Source of the DNA: Octopus sinensis
Lineage: Eukaryota
Assembly (NCBI RefSeq): GCF_006345805.1
Contig: NW_021832528.1
Span: 186,001 to 250,000 of the forward strand
Direction: 5' to 3'
Length of the DNA stretch: 64,000 bases
Shown here: one piece after another, positions 26,851 to 37,600 of the stretch
Numbering within the stretch: position 1 is the stretch's first letter
How the letters are laid out: each line of letters begins with the position of its first letter
Made by a program: the position numbers and the translations under genes
Notes under the pieces: model-generated
What the model saw: only the letters and a program-made list of their open reading frames with translations
Database searches by the model: none
Told to the model about the DNA's origin: nothing

Positions 26851-27581
26851 AAAGTGGAATTTTAATTGACTTCTGATTTCGCAAGAATTTTATTGAAAAA
26901 AATAAAGTGAGTGCAACCTGAAGGAAATCAGAAAGCAAAAATTAATAATTTTAGGAAATGCTTTAAAGATTTTTGTTAATAAATTGTAAGAATATATAAA
27001 AGTAGTTAAACATCCCTCTTAATACATAAAAAAGTCAAAGGCAAACTCTTAAAGACGACATTCTAACTTTACTCGATAAAGAAACATAATTCAGGCATTA
27101 ATGATATCATTTATTTAATAAGCTTACAAATGTAAAGGAAAACCTAGACAGATTTCTAAAGCTAAGTGAAATAAGGAATTTTACAGCACAGGTTGACATT
27201 GTGTTTTCAAACACTTCCCCGAGTGTATTAAAAAGCAAATCAACATACACAAAACTTTTCCGAACTAAACAAATTAGAAGAAAATTACATTTTTAGACGG
27301 TAAAGTTATAGCTAACTTGTAAACTTGTTGAACAATCTTACAAATCATCACTAAATACCATGATTGAGACTGCTTAAATTAAGAAGAGAGGATTGAACTG
27401 TATGTGTTTGTTGATTTAACATAGAAACGATTGTTTCCAAATTTCGAAGATTATCAGTCTCATAGAGACTATGAAGTTCTCACATAAGCATTAAAACGGA
27501 AGAAAACATTTGCTAGGTAAAATCTAAACTATTTCGATTGTTGAAAATATGTTCTACTATAAGAATCAGAAACAGATAGAC

Positions 27582-27664
27582 GCACAAGTGGCCGAGTGGT
27601 TAAGGCGGTAGCCTAGAAAGCTATTGGGATTCATCCCGCGCAGGTTCGAATCCTGCCTTGTGCG
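27582..27664 (+). tRNA. tRNA-Ser (anticodon AGA)
   Basis: Acceptor stem GCACAAG/CTTGTGC, D arm TGGCCGAGTGGTTAAGGC, anticodon stem GTAGC-ctAGAaa-GCTAT, long variable arm, GGTTCGAATCC, discriminator G, then TTTT. Confidence 0.96.
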
Positions 27665-28422
27665 TTTTATTATTTCAATATTAATTTTATTTTATTATTG
27701 CATTTTTAAAATTAATTTGCCTGCGACATGAGTGCCTTAAACATTCTGAAAAACATAAATGATGGCCATATCTCAGGTACCGTTACTAAACACATTCATC
27801 TCCCACACTCTGCTGTGATCACCATTCCATTTTTATTATAAAACATATCCCATATTTTGGACAGCCTCGACTATCCATGTTCTCAAGATAACTTTGTTTG
27901 ACGACTCGTTTTTCATATAAAAACAATTTGAGCTTCATCAAAAAAGCTCAATACTATCTATCCACAAGCAAGATATATAAGCTAAAAATTCGTTATCTTA
28001 TTTTGTACTAAACAAATCATATTAAATCTATGCACATGATAAGAATCACCAATAGACAAGGCAATTGGAACTCAAAAAAATGGCACGGAAAATAGTCCAA
28101 CTGATACCCAGAGTATTCTGAGTTATGCAGAAATGAACGTAAGTTGAGATAAAACACAGACCTAACAAAAAATATTCAATAATAGACAATGAATAAAACA
28201 AAAAAGCACAAATGGAATGTTGCCAGTACACTATAATAACCAAAAAAGTGTCAATCTAAAAACTAGTGACCCAGCTGTGCTTGAGAGTGTAGAAATTACT
28301 TGTCCCTTCTGAACCTTCATCACCCTTCTAATCACAACACCTACTTTGGACAGACAACTAAAATTGTGGAATCTTCCCTTACTACTTATTCGTAATAATT
28401 ATATATATAAGTAGAATTAAGA

Positions 28423-29462
28423 CTAAAAAGCAAAATCATCACAAAAAACTAAATAAATCCTTTTAGCCAACTCCGTGCCCAACCTCCTCTTACTTTCCAG
28501 GACTCCTGCCACCCTCCGAACCTACAATATTAACCCCCCAAACCTCGATAGCTGCCAATCTATCCACCGCATCAACCGCACTGCACTCCCAACACAAATC
28601 CACGACTGATCTCACCGTCGGAAACTCCTCCATGATACACAACGACAAATCACGTGACACTCCTGGAATTTTCTCGAGGACCTTCCCCCAACTCTGACTC
28701 CATTTGTTCTCCACGGTCCCCCAATTGTTCGTATCGGATATATAGGCGCCAAAACAAGTTCGTAATTTTTCCATTTCTAACCTGGAAATTTGAGGATAAA
28801 ATTGACACTTTTTTGGGGCTTCGGCTATTGATTTTGTGATTTGACGAGTCAAAGTTGCCGCGTCTTTTTGACCACTTGCAAAATAAATTGATAGAAAGTT
28901 CATTTTTAAAAGTAAAGTGTCTATTTTTTGCTACAAATAGGAAATGAATTTTACTTGATCTCTGTCAGTAATTGACTTTTTCTTATCATTTCTAATTATT
29001 TATAATTATATTATATATACTTTATAACAATAATAATAATTTTAGAAGAATTAAATAGATATTTAAATTGTTCAATATGCATTTCGATCTCGTTGTTGTT
29101 ATTTATAATATTACAAAAATCGGTCAAATTAAAATATAAAAGAACAAAATCCTCCAATTTATAACTCCATTTGAGATCCTAATAAGTATAATCAACATGA
29201 CCAACCTTGTATGTTTGTCCACAGTCGAGGGGAGTCTTCCTTTGCCATTGAATGACTTTATGTGCTCCTGAATGAGAGAAATCTATCATTTCTACTCCAC
29301 AAATAAGCATTTCTTCCTTTATTAGAGCCCGCATTTCGCTTTCTATGTTTTCTGAGACCATTATTTGCATGTACTACATCAGTTCATGTTTATTACCTTA
29401 AGGCACTTGGTTAAATCTAGTGATTTCTTTAGCTCGTTTATATATATCTTATTTGTAGACAT
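28423..29462 (-). CDS. EME1: EME1/Mms4-like crossover-junction endonuclease subunit, ~295 aa, 7 exons
   Basis: KCLK|YMQIMV, VIQWQRK, ITKSIAEAP, LEKIPGVS...FPT and AAIE|VRR...RRLGTELAKRIY motifs. Introns at 29374-29396 (23), 29179-29205 (27), 28992-29020 (29), 28931-28954 (24), 28782-28808 (27) and 28522-28543 (22) give 888 nt in frame. Confidence 0.8.
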
Positions 29463-29730
29463 TGATGGTCCCACCTCGATCAAAAATTTAAATATATTTA
29501 TTTATTAATAATTTATAATACATCATTGAAAAATATATTATTTTAAATTAAAGTTAATATATAATTGATAATTGGGGAAAGAAATTTGAACACGTAGTTT
29601 TCATTTTTTGCAAGATTTTCATGATTCTTTAGGCCAAATTTTAGAAAAAAATTCATTTAATAAAAATTTAAATATTAATAAAATAATTAAAATATAATAT
29701 TTTTTTAAATTATGTATAAAATAATTTTAA

Positions 29731-31093
29731 ATGGATAAATCCTTGTTGTCACTAGGACAACTTTGTGTAAAACTGGTGGAGTATTTATTGTTCTTATCTC
29801 CATTGCTAATAATCTCATATTTATCTAAAAAATATAATCTAAATAGTATAAAATGAAATATTAAAAATTCAGAAATTAAATTTTTTGGAAAATGTTTTAA
29901 ATTCATAAATTCAGAATTTGAAAAGCCAATTCTCGCCGAGAAAATTGTGGATCAATATGACACACAAAGCCAACAAAAAAACTCAATAAAACATTTTATT
30001 ATCTGCAGTTTTGGATTAATAGTAAATTAATTAAATATTAATTAATTAATTAGACATCTTATTTAATTTGGGGACTCATGCAGGAGACAATAATGACTCA
30101 CAACTACGAATTCTCAGGTCAACCACCAAAAAATATTTCTGATACAAAAAAGTTTGAAAACGTGCAATTTCTTGTTTTTATTAACAAAATATTCCCATTT
30201 TTATTCGGGTCGATTTGTACAATCATTTTTGTGAACGAAGGGAAAGGAGGAGCCCAGCTGTATAAATATTCGCTCTGTTCTCTCTCCAATATTGTCAGCA
30301 GTTATGCACAGTACGAGGCCCTCAAATACCTCATCTTCCCCCTGCAGGCCTGCCTTTGAGGTTATGGCGTAGGTCTTGGCCAAGTCTTGCAAGATTATTC
30401 CTGTTATGATTGTCGGGGGTGTTATGAATGGAACTAAATATACGCGGGAAAATTATGTTGAAGCTGTGTTTTTTATTATTGGGGTTTATTGTTGTTTTTT
30501 GTTATTTATTTTTTTGTATATTTTTTAATTTTTTAGTTGGTTGTGTATTTTTTAAATACACGTATTCAAATTGGTGGCGGGAATTATTTCTCTTTTGGTG
30601 GTTTAATTTTACTTTTTGTATATTTATTGTTTGATTCATTTACTTCTAATTGGCAGAAGAGAATATTCGACTCTACACAAGTCTCCCCCTTCCAAATGAT
30701 GGTCCTCATTTCGTCTATTTATCTTTTATAGGCTGGAGTTAACTTTTTCTCTTGTTTACTAACATTTTTACAAATGTCAACAACTCTTGAACTCAGAGAC
30801 TCGATATTGTTTCTGTACTCACACAAGACAATATTGAGCCATGTATTCATTCTGGCAGCCAGCGGATTGATAGGACAATTTTTTATTTTTCAAACAATCA
30901 AAAAAGTGTGATTTATGGAAATATTGTATAGTTAGGACCGCGGACTTTTTCCATGATTGTTTCCGTCAGGCAGGTCATTTCGGTCCTGCTCTCCTGTGTC
31001 ATATTTGATCATGAAATTAATGTGTGGTCAGTCCTTGGAATTGGGATTGTCTTTTCAACTTTATTTTGGAGTGTTTGTCGTAAAAAGAAATAA
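29731..31093 (+). CDS. SLC35B2: PAPS transporter 1 (SLC35B2/slalom-like), ~389 aa, 7 exons
   Basis: SYLIWGLMQE.IMT, QFLVFIN, SLSNIVSSYAQYEALKY..FPLQ|VLAKSCKIIPVM, FDSFTSNWQ and QMM|AGVNFFS motifs. Introns at 29846-29872, 30022-30053, 30348-30372 (GC-AG), 30484-30536, 30702-30731 and 30906-30931 give 1170 nt in frame. Confidence 0.9.
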
Positions 31094-31489
31094 TTAATTT
31101 TTTTTGTTTTATTTAAAATTGTTTGTTAACTATTCACGACTTTTAGTGGTTTTTAATTTTTTGTCTTACGTACTCACTTTAAATAATTTTTCGCGTATTC
31201 CTTTTATAAAACTAGGGAAAAAAAGTATTGAATTAGTAATATGGATGGCGTTGTTTATTAACGACTATTTTAATATTTCTGAAATACACGCCTGAATATC
31301 ATTTTTCTAAACTGTAGATTTCCCCCTGTATATGTTTTACATTTTCATTGACAAATTTTATCTTATATCGGAAACCAGAGTTACATCCAAGCATCGCTGA
31401 TGTTCTGTCTGTGGTGAATGCAGTAGGATTGTGGCACAATATCCTATCATTAATAAGAATTGAAAATGTTTATTTTGTTTCAAAAAACA

Positions 31490-32188
31490 ATTAACAGCAT
31501 CAATTGTGCCTGTCAACCCCACTCGGGCGATTGGCTTGACGCTTTGCCGATTTCCTCTGCTGGAATGTTGCTGGACGACGAATCTGTCCGCATCGGAATC
31601 TGTTTACGGCTTGGCATAGAGATTTGCCAGCCGCACCATTGCAGATGTGGACAACTCATTGACAGGAGAGGTTTACACCCTCTCTCTTGTCGCCTCAGTG
31701 CCGGCAGGATCCCCAGGCACGCCTCATTGAATGACGTTGTGAAGCGCGCGCTTAACGCCGCTGGATTTCCCTCGATGTTGGAACCGATAGGACTAGACCG
31801 TGGAGATGGAAAACGCCCTGACGGGTCGACCTTATTCCCGTTCAGGAAGGGAATGGCACTCGTGTGGGATGTTACCTGCGTAGACTCATTTTCTCCTTCA
31901 TCGTTGGTCGACTCCGCTTCTCGTCCTGGATCTGCATCTGGCCTTGCCGAATCTAGGAAAACTGCTAAATATGCCTCTTTGACCGATACCTGCTGCTTCA
32001 TTCCCCTGGCTTTCGAGACCAGTGGGATAATTGGACCCAAAGCCCTCAAACTCCTCTCAGAGATTGGTTCAATCATCTCGAGGAGGAGTCACGACAGTCG
32101 TGAAACGAGCTGGCTTTTTCAGCGGATATCGTTCGCGATATTACGTGGAAATTGCCTGTCCATCCGCTCGGCGACTCATCTAGTTTAG
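31490..32188 (+). mobile_element. CRE-clade retrotransposon, REL endonuclease 3' part
   Basis: HSGDWLDALP, CRCG...HPLSC...RH..LND, DGKRPDG, WDVTCVD, PLAFETSG and FQRISFAILRGN motifs. Confidence 0.88.
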
Positions 32189-33003
32189 TTAACTTTTCTT
32201 CTCTAATTTTCTTGTTTCAAAAAAAAAATTAATTTATATTAACTATAAACTCGGTGAAGATTTTATCGTAATAATAATAATAATAATCGTCTAAATAATA
32301 ATAATCGTCTAGCCGATATTTGTGAAAACATCCTGGATCTTTGACCATCCACTCTCTTTTTTGTTAGACGGTATTGTTGATCTCTGTGTGCTCAAAGGAC
32401 TTTCGTGAGACCCAATGGCTGTTTCAGTATCTTTCATTAGAACTGCCTAGCGATTCTATCCGTTGAGCTGTATGACCTTTTTTGTAATTTTATTCGTTTT
32501 ATTTTGACAATATTAATTAAATTTAAAATATCCGACCTTTTGTGTTTAACGTAATGAATAAATGAAAAAATTCTCGCAATCGTATGCGTTTTTTGCTTTT
32601 CCGATTCGATATAAAATCGTGTAAAAAATTTTTAATAATAGAAAATTAATGCTAGACTTGAATTAATCATTTATTTGCCAAACAATATCTTTTTTGTCTT
32701 TAAAAAATCATTTAGTGTTCAGATAGTCTCGGAATGATTCGAAATTTGATAAAATAATACAAGATTCAGGAAAAAAATTCATGGTAGATATGGATGTTTT
32801 ACACCGTTTTTAATTATAAATTGAAATCCATAGTCTAAATAATTATCATAATTTAGTATTACGAAAAAAGATTTCGGTCAAATGTTAAAAGGGACGGGAA
32901 GCCGACACAATCGAGAAAAAATTATAGCGTACTATCATTGTATTTCAGAATTTTATAAGAAATACTATACCATTTTCAGTTCAATTTCGACAATAAAATG
33001 TTA

Positions 33004-33300
33004 CTAAGTTCTTCTATAAGAAGAACTGATGGCGATCCTGTTTCTCCTCACTATTGCTTGAAACACTTTCTGGATGAGCCATCTCGTCTCCAGAGGATTG
33101 TGTGTTCTCCAGGTCTTGAGACGTCCAATACACTTGAGGAAGCACAACGACTTCTTCCCAATAGATCCCAGGGTTTCTACAGCAACCGGTCGGAAAACGT
33201 AACGATCGGTGAGCTTATCATATTTCTTCTTGATGTCCTCTGCTTTATCCGCAGCTGTGCCAGCATTGCAGGCACTTTCCAACATGTTTGTCTTGGACAA
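33004..33300 (-). mobile_element. CRE-clade 3' fragment
   Basis: AGTAADKAE..KK.KY...FRPVAVETLG...FQAIVRRN. Confidence 0.8.
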
Positions 33301-33630
33301 TTTTTATGATTATTTTGATTATACAATATTCAATTTTGACATTTTCTATATCAATTTTAACAATTCTACATTCAATTTTGACAATGCGATAAACAATAGT
33401 GATATTTGTTGCATCAATTTAACACTACGATATTCAATTTTTAAATAGCAAACTAAATGAGATTAAATAAGATTTCTACTAATCCCACTTAGTTTGTGAT
33501 TAATCCCATTTAGTACGAGAAATGTGATATTTTATTAGTAATTTAATTATGATTTGTATTGTTCTAGCACTTAATACAGCTCAAAAGGAATGTTCCCATG
33601 TTAATAAAAGTATTAGAAACAGATTAAATG

Positions 33631-34012
33631 TTAGTTATCCTTAAAATAGTCCCTACTGCCATCAGGGGTGGGTATGATTGTGGGTCTACCAGGTGTCCAA
33701 TTGACGGGACATCCTTCACATTAGTACTCACCCAACCTTCTCCGTGCTTATCACTAATTGTATGGCCAGTAACAGTCTTAGTGTCTCATCCACTGATCTG
33801 CCTGTTGGCATGTCATTAATCGTGATCTGCCTCACAATGCCCTTTCCGTCAATTATAAACAGTCCTCTGAATTTGTCCTCAGTTCACACAACCTGTAGGC
33901 GTCTCCGCTTTCTGACAGTACTCCATACGCCTTAGAGATGGACTGACTCCGGTCGGCCAATAATGGGATATTCATACGACCAAGCCCTCCAAGTTTTTTC
34001 TCACGTTTTGTC
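33631..34012 (-). pseudogene. 2-Cys peroxiredoxin pseudogene, 5'-truncated, introns retained
   Basis: GGLGRMNIPLLAD..ISKAYGVL..YR|[36 protein letters not shown]|GCPVNW.PG. Introns at 33867-33892 (26 nt) and 33714-33736 (23 nt); one 1-nt frameshift. Confidence 0.9.
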
Positions 34013-35959
34013 CTTTAATATTATTATTTTAATTATTAATAAATTATTTTTTAATTTTAAAATAATTTAGTATAATGTGGTGACCCAATTTTCTGAATTT
34101 TTAATAAATAGGACAGTTAAAATGCAACTCAGACCATTCTAAATGAACGTGCTCAGTGTCAGTTGAACAGGCAATAAGCTGACAATTATTGTTTATAAAC
34201 TCTTCTCTTCTGTCGTTAAATGCGATTATTTCTGTGGGACAGACATATGTGCTAGCTGTGGTTAATAAATAGTTACAAGTCTCTTGGATAGAAAAATAGA
34301 ACGAGAAAATTCTTCAAAAATTGTTCGTTGTTTATCTGTTTGAAAGCACCGTCTACAACTGCAGTGCCCGCAAAGCTTGGAGCTGGTTTGCCTATCAATT
34401 GTGACATATTTCGGCATAAATTCTAAAATGTACATTCATATTTTAAACTTGAGTAATACCACGTAACAGCATCATGTTTCAAATTAATTTATTTAATTTA
34501 AATAAAAATAAAAATCTTAAAATATAAAAAATTAATTTCATACTAATTAAAAACACTTTAAATAATATATAAGAGTCAATGTAATTATTTTAAGAAGCTG
34601 AGACTGTTTGGTGTTGCTCAAAAAGGGATGATTTCCAACCTTTGTGTTTTTATGAATTGAAATTGCCAATTTGTCGTTATTTTTTAGTTAATTTGTTTTT
34701 GAGACTCTTGTAGACAAATATCTCTTCAACTATGTCTGTTTCTGTAAGCACGATATTGTTGGTGCTCTTACTTATTGAAACCCTGTAAATTTTTTTCCGC
34801 GGAATCCCCATTTTACTGGTAAATACAAATTTTGTGATTCGCCATAACCAGAAAGTCTTTTAAAGACAATCTTTCCCATTGTTTTAGAGAAAGAAAAGTA
34901 CAGATAGCGTCAAACATTATAGTCAGTGCTTGTATTATTATTATTATTATTTGTCAGTGCTTGTATCAAAAGTTCAGAGAACTTTGTAAACAATATCTGT
35001 GGGATGTAGTCAAAATTAGATATCCCAACCAGCAATTAGCTTTTCGATCTCTTCTTGTGTTATTGCCCCACATATTGGCCTCTCAATAAATTACGAAGAG
35101 TAAGTTTCTTCACAATCCTGTCATAAGTTCTTTGTGAACGATAGATTCGATTTCTTTAATTTGACTGATTTGGTTCCTGACTGCATCCGAGACATGATCA
35201 GAGCATATTTATTTTCAATCTGGTGATTTGAGTTAAATTTGAACTCTTTTAGCATCATCTAAAAATTTTGATTTTGCATTATCCAGTTTTTTGAATTTCA
35301 ACTTTTATATACTTTCGACCTCAGCCTTGACCACATTTGCAATAATAGATTTGATCTTATTAATCTAAATTTTCAGGCTGCATTTAATCGACTCAACTCG
35401 ACATTTGCGATTTTCCATAGTACTTTTGATCAGAGTATAAGTTTACAATTCAGTTGATGCTTGTTTTGAATTTCTTTTCAGCATAAACATTCAAAAAATT
35501 TATGATTAAGTGGTCGTCGAAATTGACGATATTATTTCTTAATTTCAGGAGATTCTCGCATACATGAAACTTCAGTTTATATTTACGAGGAGTTAACTAA
35601 TAAACAAGTTATTTCTATCTGCACGTGGTAAGAGTAATGTCCGCTTCCAACCTCGGTATGCAGCATAAGAACGCCAAAAATAGAAAGAGACCTATGCGAT
35701 CAGGTCTGCATGATGATTCAGTTTTTTTCAAAGTAAAAACTGAAAAGTCAAGCTACTGGCTTTTCTTTATTAATTGGGAAATATAAATGTCCAAGATGTT
35801 AATGAAATTTTGATCCTGAAGAAAATTAAGTTATCTATGCATATTCAATTTCTTCCTGGAAGACTTCCTTTGTAGACAATAATAATGACTTCCAAACTTT
35901 AAAATAACTTTTCAACATAAAATTAATTTTTAATTAATATTATTGAATATAATATTTTA

Positions 35960-36075
35960 TCTAGGCTTTTGCTATGCCATGGTCTTAAGTTGGAGAGCCC
36001 AAGGAGAGGAGGTAGACTGGCTTTTCCTGCGGTTCTCGATCGCCATTATCCAGGGAAACAGTTTGGCGATCGTTA
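35960..36075 (+). mobile_element. CRE-like 3' tip (related copy at 39330-39440)
   Basis: Reads RFSIAIIQGNSLAI; the second copy reads FQRFSIAVIRG; nucleotide similarity between them. Confidence 0.6.
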
Positions 36076-36189
36076 ACATTAAAAAAAGTTTTTAACAACA
36101 CATGTTTGTAAAAATATTTTACGTTGAGTATCATTTCTTGCCAACGAAGAAATATCAAACATTGTCTTAAGAAATTAGAGAATTTCAAC

Positions 36190-36400
36190 TAGAATGAGAC
36201 GAAAAGTTTTTTTTCGTTGAACAGTATGGTAAAGCAGTTTGTTTGATATGCAACTGTGTCATTAATTTATTGAAAAATTTTACTATTGAACGTCATTATA
36301 AGAATCACTCCGAGATATACAATTTATATCTAAATCACTCAATCATAGGAGATTTGAAAAAATATTATTGGAAATTGACACAGTTCATCTTTATATGCTT
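36190..36400 (+). mobile_element. Buster transposase N-terminal remnant
   Basis: FFVEQYGKAVCLIC...FTIERHY. Confidence 0.65.
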
Positions 36401-36479
36401 TATCATATCACTGTTCGATGATTGAATCGTTCCGCGTACCTTAAAAGGTATATTTGCTTTAATATAAGTTAGATTTTAT

Positions 36480-36720
36480 GAACTACTCCTCAAATAAAAG
36501 AATTTGTTAAATACCATGATTTATTGAGCAGTAAAGAGCCCCTCTTATCAAAAACCTATCTATTGGTTAGGGCACGAGACAAATGCTCTAAGCCATTTGA
36601 AACAACATTGGGAACCCCTCAAAGCGGTTTGTTCTCTCTTATGCTGTTTGTTATATATCTAGAAGCTGCATTGAAAAAATTAAAACAATACTATGAAGGA
36701 AAGTTCGGATAGGAGTATCA
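36480..36720 (+). mobile_element. LINE RT fragment
   Basis: TTLGTPQSGLFSLMLFVIYLEAAL, a degenerate G.PQG..LSP.LF motif. Confidence 0.6.
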
Positions 36721-37199
36721 ATTTGACATTCTCGGTTAAAACAAGACCAGGTTGCTCTGTTTCCTGGGAACATTACATTCATTTGATACCTTTTCGGACA
36801 CTGTTTTTCTTGAAAAATAATTCCAACAAATTGTAGAAAGCTATGCGCATCTTCTTCAGACAATCAATCAATTTTATTGTAACGAACAAAGAGAAAATGA
36901 CAGGAATTAAGGACGGATAATAGCACTAGAAAATTGCTAAGGCAATTAAACTCTTCAGAGGGTGCGTCCAATTCGTCTTCAGAGAGTGTTAGTCAACAGT
37001 GGTAGTTCATAATCTTTGAGTTTTGAATGAGTAGTTTTGATAATTAAATTATTTAAATCCGCATGGTACATATAAACACTTTGATGAATTAATTAAAAAA
37101 ATTTTCATCAATATAATACAACTCAATAAAAAGGCATGTAGCTAACCTAAGAGTACCAAGATTTTTTGATGATAAAAAACAACATTATATGCTGGCTAG

Positions 37200-37600
37200 G
37201 TAAGTAGCTAAGCAAATAGTCGAAAGTATAGGGGACAGCTCGACGACACCGCCTGCGTATTGAATGACAGTTTCCGCAGAGCACAGCGACAGAGATTGGC
37301 TAGAAAAGCCAACTTGTTCCTTCCGGTCATTTGTTTTCGGAGATTTTCTTACCAATGTCGGTGAGGAGTTAATTTGCAGACGATTCAGAGGTTTAAAAAG
37401 CGAATTCAAAAGATCGGATAAAGTAAGCACCTTAATTTCGTCCCATTTTGAAGAGAAGGATTTTACTGTGCCATGGTCGGAAGTTGGAGAGCCCAAGATG
37501 TGATCGCTGGTAAGTGCCCAAGCCGTGAAGTGAGAGTAAGCATCACCAGGACATATCTTGCAGTTTATTTGCAGGTCTCCGTTCACCTCAAAGTCGATTA
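37200..37600 (-). mobile_element. CRE-clade 3' fragment
   Basis: TSWLF*PISVAVLCGNCHSI resembles the CRE C-terminal SWLFQRISVAV.RGN motif. Confidence 0.55.

Noticed and set aside
27700-28380. Possible membrane-protein gene between tRNA-Ser and EME1
   Set aside because: Only hydrophobic short ORFs; no consistent splice model.
33310-33450. Degenerate ~21-bp TCAATTTT(G/A)ACA repeats as a coiled-coil coding repeat
   Set aside because: Low complexity, with no open frame in a gene context.
34700-35100. RhoGEF DH-like peptide (RLSLKDFLV) on the minus strand
   Set aside because: Only one short motif among many stops; too weak to call.
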